Source: Patescibacteria group bacterium | Lineage (GTDB): Bacteria > Patescibacteriota > Minisyncoccia > Phycocordibacterales > Phycocordibacteraceae | Direction: 5' to 3' | Length of the DNA: 64,000 nt | NCBI GenBank assembly: GCA_018971045.1 | Contig: JAGWVF010000006.1 | Location: 176 to 64,175 of the forward strand | Shown here: positions 60,385-64,000 of the stretch, one piece after another | Numbering within the stretch: the first letter of the stretch is position 1 | Layout: the number at the start of each line of letters is the position of its first letter | Translations under genes and position numbers: made by a program | Notes under the pieces: generated by a model | The model's input: only the letters and a program-made list of their open reading frames with translations | What the model was told of the DNA's origin: nothing | Databases searched by the model: none

Positions 60385-62628
60385 CTAGAAAGAGTCTTCG
60401 CCCGCGTCGTCCGCAGGGACCGCGGGCGCGTGGCCGCTCTTGCTTAATATCTCGCGCGGCTTCGATCCGTCGGCCGGGCCGATAACGCCGTGCGCCTCGA
60501 GAACGTCCATCAGCCGCGCCGCGCGCGAATAACCGATCTTCAGTTTCCGCTGAAGATAAGACGTCGAGGCGCGCCCGGCTTCTTCGACGGCGGCGCGCGC
60601 ATTCTCATAGAGATCGTCGTCAATGTCGTCGTCGTCAAACTCTCCGTTTACGAGGCCGATGACGTCGTTTGGTTCGGCGCCGACCGAAACGCCGTTGCCG
60701 CCGAGATCGATGCTCGAGAGATCGCCCGCGTTGTGGCTCCGGATATAGCTCACCACCTTCTTCACTTCGCCTTCGCTGATAAACGCGGTTTGAAGCCGGA
60801 CCGGCTTCTGCATATCGCTCGAGAGATAGAGCATGTCGCCGGCGCCGAGCAACGTCTCTGCGCCCGAACCGTCGAGGATCGTTCTCGAATCGATCTGGGA
60901 CGCGACCTGAAGCGCCAGACGCGTCGGCACGTTCGCTTTGATAAGCCCGGTGATGACATTAACCGACGGACGCTGGGTCGAGAGGATGAGGTGGATACCG
61001 ACCGCGCGCGACATTTGGGCGAGGCGGACGATCGAGGCTTCAAGCTCGCGCGGGAAGCTGTGCATGATATCGGCGAGTTCGTCGATGACGATGACGATGA
61101 AGGGAAGCGCTTCCGGGAGTTCGTCGCGGCCGCTCTTCTTCGCCGGTTCGTACACGCTCGTATGGTACGAATCAATGTCGCGAACGTGTTCGGCTTCGAG
61201 AATATTGTAGCGGCGCTCCATCTCTTTGGCGGCCCACTTCAAGGAGAGGATAGTCTTCTTCGGATCGGTGATGACCGGCGTGAGGAGATGAGGGATGCCG
61301 TTATACGCGGTGAGTTCGACGCGCTTCGGGTCGATCATAATGAATCGCAATTGGTTTGGGCCGTTTCGATAGAGAAGGGAGGTTATGAGCGCGTGGATAG
61401 AGACTGACTTTCCCGATCCGGTCGCGCCGGCGACGAGTCCGTGCGGCATCTTCGCGACGTTCACGTAGTGCGGCGTGCCCGCGATATCGCGGCCAAGCGC
61501 GGCGAGGAGAGGTTTCGCGCTCTGTTCCCACTCGGGCGTCGAGAGGAGGCCGCCGAGGCCGACCATCGCCTTGACCGTGTTCGGCACCTCGATGCCGACG
61601 AGAGACTTCCCCGGAATCGGCGCTTCGATGCGGACCGGATGCGCGGCGAGGGCGAGCTCGAGATTGTTCGCGAGCGAGACGATCTTCGACAAGCGCACGC
61701 CCTCGGCCGGCTTCACGGCATAGCGGGTAACCGTGGGGCCGACTGACACCTCGTCCATCTCGAGGTGGATGCCGAAGTTCTGAAACGTGCGCTTGATGAT
61801 ATTCGCATTGGCCTTGATGTCGCCGACGCCCGGTTTCCCGCGATCGGCGCCAAGGATCGACAATGGAGGCGGATCATATTCCGCATCGAAGTTTGCAATT
61901 CCGGAAGAGCGTTTCTCGGTATTATTGACGGACGGGCGATTAAACATCGTTACGATCGGTTCCTGTTCTTGCGGCACGGCCTCTCCGGCGGCCGGCTCTT
62001 CGCCGTCAAGAGATTCCTGTTCTTCTTCTTGTTCTGGAACGCCGACAACGCCGGTGTCTGGAAACAGCGTCTTCTCACGCCGTGCACGAAGCCGGTCCCA
62101 GAGCGCGCGCGACTTCTCCCCGAGATAGTTGCCGATTACTTCGATATCAGTCACGATCGCCACGCCGATCGCGATTACGGCCACGAGAAGCACGAGCGCT
62201 CCCCAAAAGCCGAAAAATTGAGACAGCATCCGCCCTTCCCAATTGCCGGCGACGCCCCCGAACTGCGCGTCCGGGAAGAGGCCGGCGAATGCGAGCACCG
62301 AGGCAGAGAGGATCAAGACGCCCGAGGCCGTGAGCGGTTCAAGTGCCGGCCGGCCGAATCCGGCATAGAAGCCCACCGAGAGAAGCGCGATCGGCAGAAG
62401 AAATGCGCCGATGCCGACTATCGCGTAGCTCGCCGAGAAGATCGCGGCCCCTACGGGGCCCGCTCCGCCAAAGAGGGCAAGCGTGAAGAGGATTCCGGCG
62501 GCGATGAGAATAATCGCCGTCGCGTATCGGATCAGCGTATCGTATTCGCGCACCTCTTCATCTCGAGAGCGCGGACGACCTCGTTCGCCACGCCGCTTTC
62601 CGGTACCTCGACTCATAATGTAAAGCAT
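60385..62628 (-). CDS. ftsK: DNA translocase FtsK/SpoIIIE
   Basis: N-terminal 4 TM helices, motor domain with GATGSGKSV Walker A, C-terminal gamma wHTH; start set at MLYIM (62628) rather than ORF-track 63216, which overlaps a convincing + strand gene. Confidence 0.85.
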   Translation of the reverse strand: MLYIMSRGTGKRRGERGRPRSRDEEVREYDTLIRYATAIILIAAGILFTLALFGGAGPVGAAIFSASYAIVGIGAFLLPIALLSVGFYAGFGRPALEPLTASGVLILSASVLAFAGLFPDAQFGGVAGNWEGRMLSQFFGFWGALVLLVAVIAIGVAIVTDIEVIGNYLGEKSRALWDRLRARREKTLFPDTGVVGVPEQEEEQESLDGEEPAAGEAVPQEQEPIVTMFNRPSVNNTEKRSSGIANFDAEYDPPPLSILGADRGKPGVGDIKANANIIKRTFQNFGIHLEMDEVSVGPTVTRYAVKPAEGVRLSKIVSLANNLELALAAHPVRIEAPIPGKSLVGIEVPNTVKAMVGLGGLLSTPEWEQSAKPLLAALGRDIAGTPHYVNVAKMPHGLVAGATGSGKSVSIHALITSLLYRNGPNQLRFIMIDPKRVELTAYNGIPHLLTPVITDPKKTILSLKWAAKEMERRYNILEAEHVRDIDSYHTSVYEPAKKSGRDELPEALPFIVIVIDELADIMHSFPRELEASIVRLAQMSRAVGIHLILSTQRPSVNVITGLIKANVPTRLALQVASQIDSRTILDGSGAETLLGAGDMLYLSSDMQKPVRLQTAFISEGEVKKVVSYIRSHNAGDLSSIDLGGNGVSVGAEPNDVIGLVNGEFDDDDIDDDLYENARAAVEEAGRASTSYLQRKLKIGYSRAARLMDVLEAHGVIGPADGSKPREILSKSGHAPAVPADDAGEDSF

Positions 62629-62671
62629 TGTACCACTGCCATGCGGAGAGCGTGAGATAAGGAGATCGACA

Positions 62672-63520
62672 ATGACTTGCGAGTCCTCCTCAAGGACGTA
62701 TACTGTCTCATACGATATGAAACAAGGACAATCATTTCTAGGACACACGACAGATGTCCGTAATGTCGTGATGAAGGGAAAGATATCCAATAATGAAGAT
62801 TTTGTCTTAGAAAAAAGCATATTCAATAACGTATTTGAAAAAGACATACGTCGAGTATTTATATACAAGAAGACAGAACGCCTCGCCAAAGCCCTGCATC
62901 TTATCGCGCCGGCTTTTCGCGGCGCAGACGCGCTCCACGATCGGATCATCGCGATCGGCATCCGCATCGTTGACGCGGCAATACGCTCGTCGGAAGACGC
63001 CCGTACGGAACTCGCGCGCGAACTGCTCGCATTATCGAGCGTATTATCGGTCGCTCGCACGAGCGGACTCCTCTCGCCTATGAATGCCGATCTCATCGCG
63101 CGCGAGACGCACCTGCTCTTGCAGGAGATTGCTGAATATGAAGAACCACGCCTCACGCTTGACGAGACGCCGACGCTTGCCGGCCTCGTGAAAGAAGCAG
63201 TGAAGCAGGACAGCATCGCTCACGCCTCATCCGCCGCTCCGCGGCGTCCGGCATCCCAGCGCTCTCCGCACATCGGCGCGGGGGAGCCGTCGAAGCATAT
63301 AAAGGACATTTCTCACGTAAAAGACAACAACGTCAGCGAGAGACGAGAAGCGATATTGTCCGTTATAAAGAATAAGCGACAGGTGAGAATAAAGGACATT
63401 TCGGCGCATATTCGCAACGTCTCGGAAAAGACTATTCAGCGCGAACTGCTCACGCTCATTGAACTCGGCGTTGTGAAGAAGGAAGGAGAGCGCCGCTGGA
63501 GCGTTTATTCTCTCGCATAA
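62672..63520 (+). CDS. hypothetical regulator with C-terminal winged-helix HTH
   Basis: C-terminal KDISAHIRNVSEKTIQRELLTLIELGVVKKEGERRWSVYSL resembles DeoR/Fic-associated wHTH; possible later start (MKQGQSF or MKGKISN). Confidence 0.45.
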   Translation: MTCESSSRTYTVSYDMKQGQSFLGHTTDVRNVVMKGKISNNEDFVLEKSIFNNVFEKDIRRVFIYKKTERLAKALHLIAPAFRGADALHDRIIAIGIRIVDAAIRSSEDARTELARELLALSSVLSVARTSGLLSPMNADLIARETHLLLQEIAEYEEPRLTLDETPTLAGLVKEAVKQDSIAHASSAAPRRPASQRSPHIGAGEPSKHIKDISHVKDNNVSERREAILSVIKNKRQVRIKDISAHIRNVSEKTIQRELLTLIELGVVKKEGERRWSVYSLA

Positions 63521-63929
63521 ATTGACAGCGAGCGAGTCTTTAAAAACGGCTCAAAACGGTTTTGACGCGGCCGGATCGATTTGCTAAGGTAGGGGGGTGG
63601 TAGCAGTTGGGTCAGAAGGGTAGAAAAAGGCCGGCGACGGTCTCTTTTGCGCGCTTAATTGCTCATTGTTATCCACACGTTCGTAGCGAGAGCGAGCCGC
63701 TTCGCTATATACTGAGTGAGTCCTTGCGGCGTTCGTTTATCTTGCGAAAACGGATCCGAGAAGGGCGTACTTTGATAACTGAATAGTTCGCCGTACGGCG
63801 AACAGCAATCCTTGCCAACTAATCCATGGCGCACAGGTCGATACCGTGCGCTGTGGGATAGTGTGAAAGTGAACGTGCGGTATACAGTGCGACCAACTTG
63901 ATTATTATGTGCGTCTAAAATTCTTAACA

Positions 63930-64000
63930 ATGGAAAATGTAACTACTAAAGCGATCGCGAAGGTCGCGGCGGTGGCGACCGGACTCGCGATGGCGACGTC
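63930..64000 (+). CDS. secreted protein, N-terminal fragment (continues beyond window)
   Basis: MENVTTKAIAKVAAVATGLAMAT signal-peptide-like start; preceded by ~350-nt leader. Confidence 0.3.
   Translation, partial: MENVTTKAIAKVAAVATGLAMAT

Noticed and set aside
62629-63216. Long N-terminal extension of ftsK
   Set aside because: Low-complexity Ser/Arg-rich, antisense to a plausible + strand gene; FtsK TM domain begins at MLYIMSRG.

Overview
Mosaic 64-kb segment, most consistent with a Candidate Phyla Radiation (Parcubacteria-like) genome, though no taxonomic marker was searched. A GC-rich core of small housekeeping genes is interrupted by several visibly AT-richer, apparently acquired blocks. 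GC content was judged by eye, not computed.

Core genes, best supported first: an aminoacyl-tRNA synthetase run (argS, ileS, glyQS, metG, plus aspS inside a low-GC block); ribosomal/translation genes (rplS, secE-nusG-rplK, rpsF-ssb-rpsR, efp); recA, ftsK, ruvX, tatD, uppS, glyA, thyX, dcd, recO-like; a pilM/N/O-like type IV pilus module; a copper nitrite reductase (nirK); an ECF-type sigma factor; and 7 tRNAs (Arg-GCG, Ser-TGA, Arg-TCT, Leu-CAG, Val-TAC, Leu-GAG, His-GTG).

Accessory content:
- 1-1101: 5'-truncated large serine recombinase next to tRNA-Arg and a degenerate tRNA-like fragment.
- 9049-11500: island directly after tRNA-Arg(TCT) with a C39-like protein, a divergent Nudix protein and a CYTH protein, punctuated by a 25-bp direct repeat.
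- 14439-16241: low-GC S9 peptidase cassette bracketed by ~122-bp direct repeats that duplicate the ends of the two flanking convergent genes.
- 16300-23633: paired TrmB regulators divergent from a tightly packed low-GC operon (Zn-ribbon protein, GTP cyclohydrolase II-like, cytidylate-kinase-like, tandem-domain nitroreductase, E1/ThiF-like adenylyltransferase, 7TM histidine kinase). This is the most novel-looking system in the window.
- 24795-29443: a 4.6-kb block bracketed by a 50-bp repeat, containing histidine-kinase 3'-end fragments, aspS, an M16 peptidase, an orphan DUF397 protein and a 2H phosphoesterase.
- 29954-31869: a second, frameshifted S9 peptidase.

Other standout: ileS carries an in-frame insertion of a complete histidine-phosphatase domain that is a close paralogue of a stand-alone gene at 4406-5023.

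No CRISPR array and no rRNA were seen. Many long antisense ORFs inside the GC-rich genes are treated as spurious.
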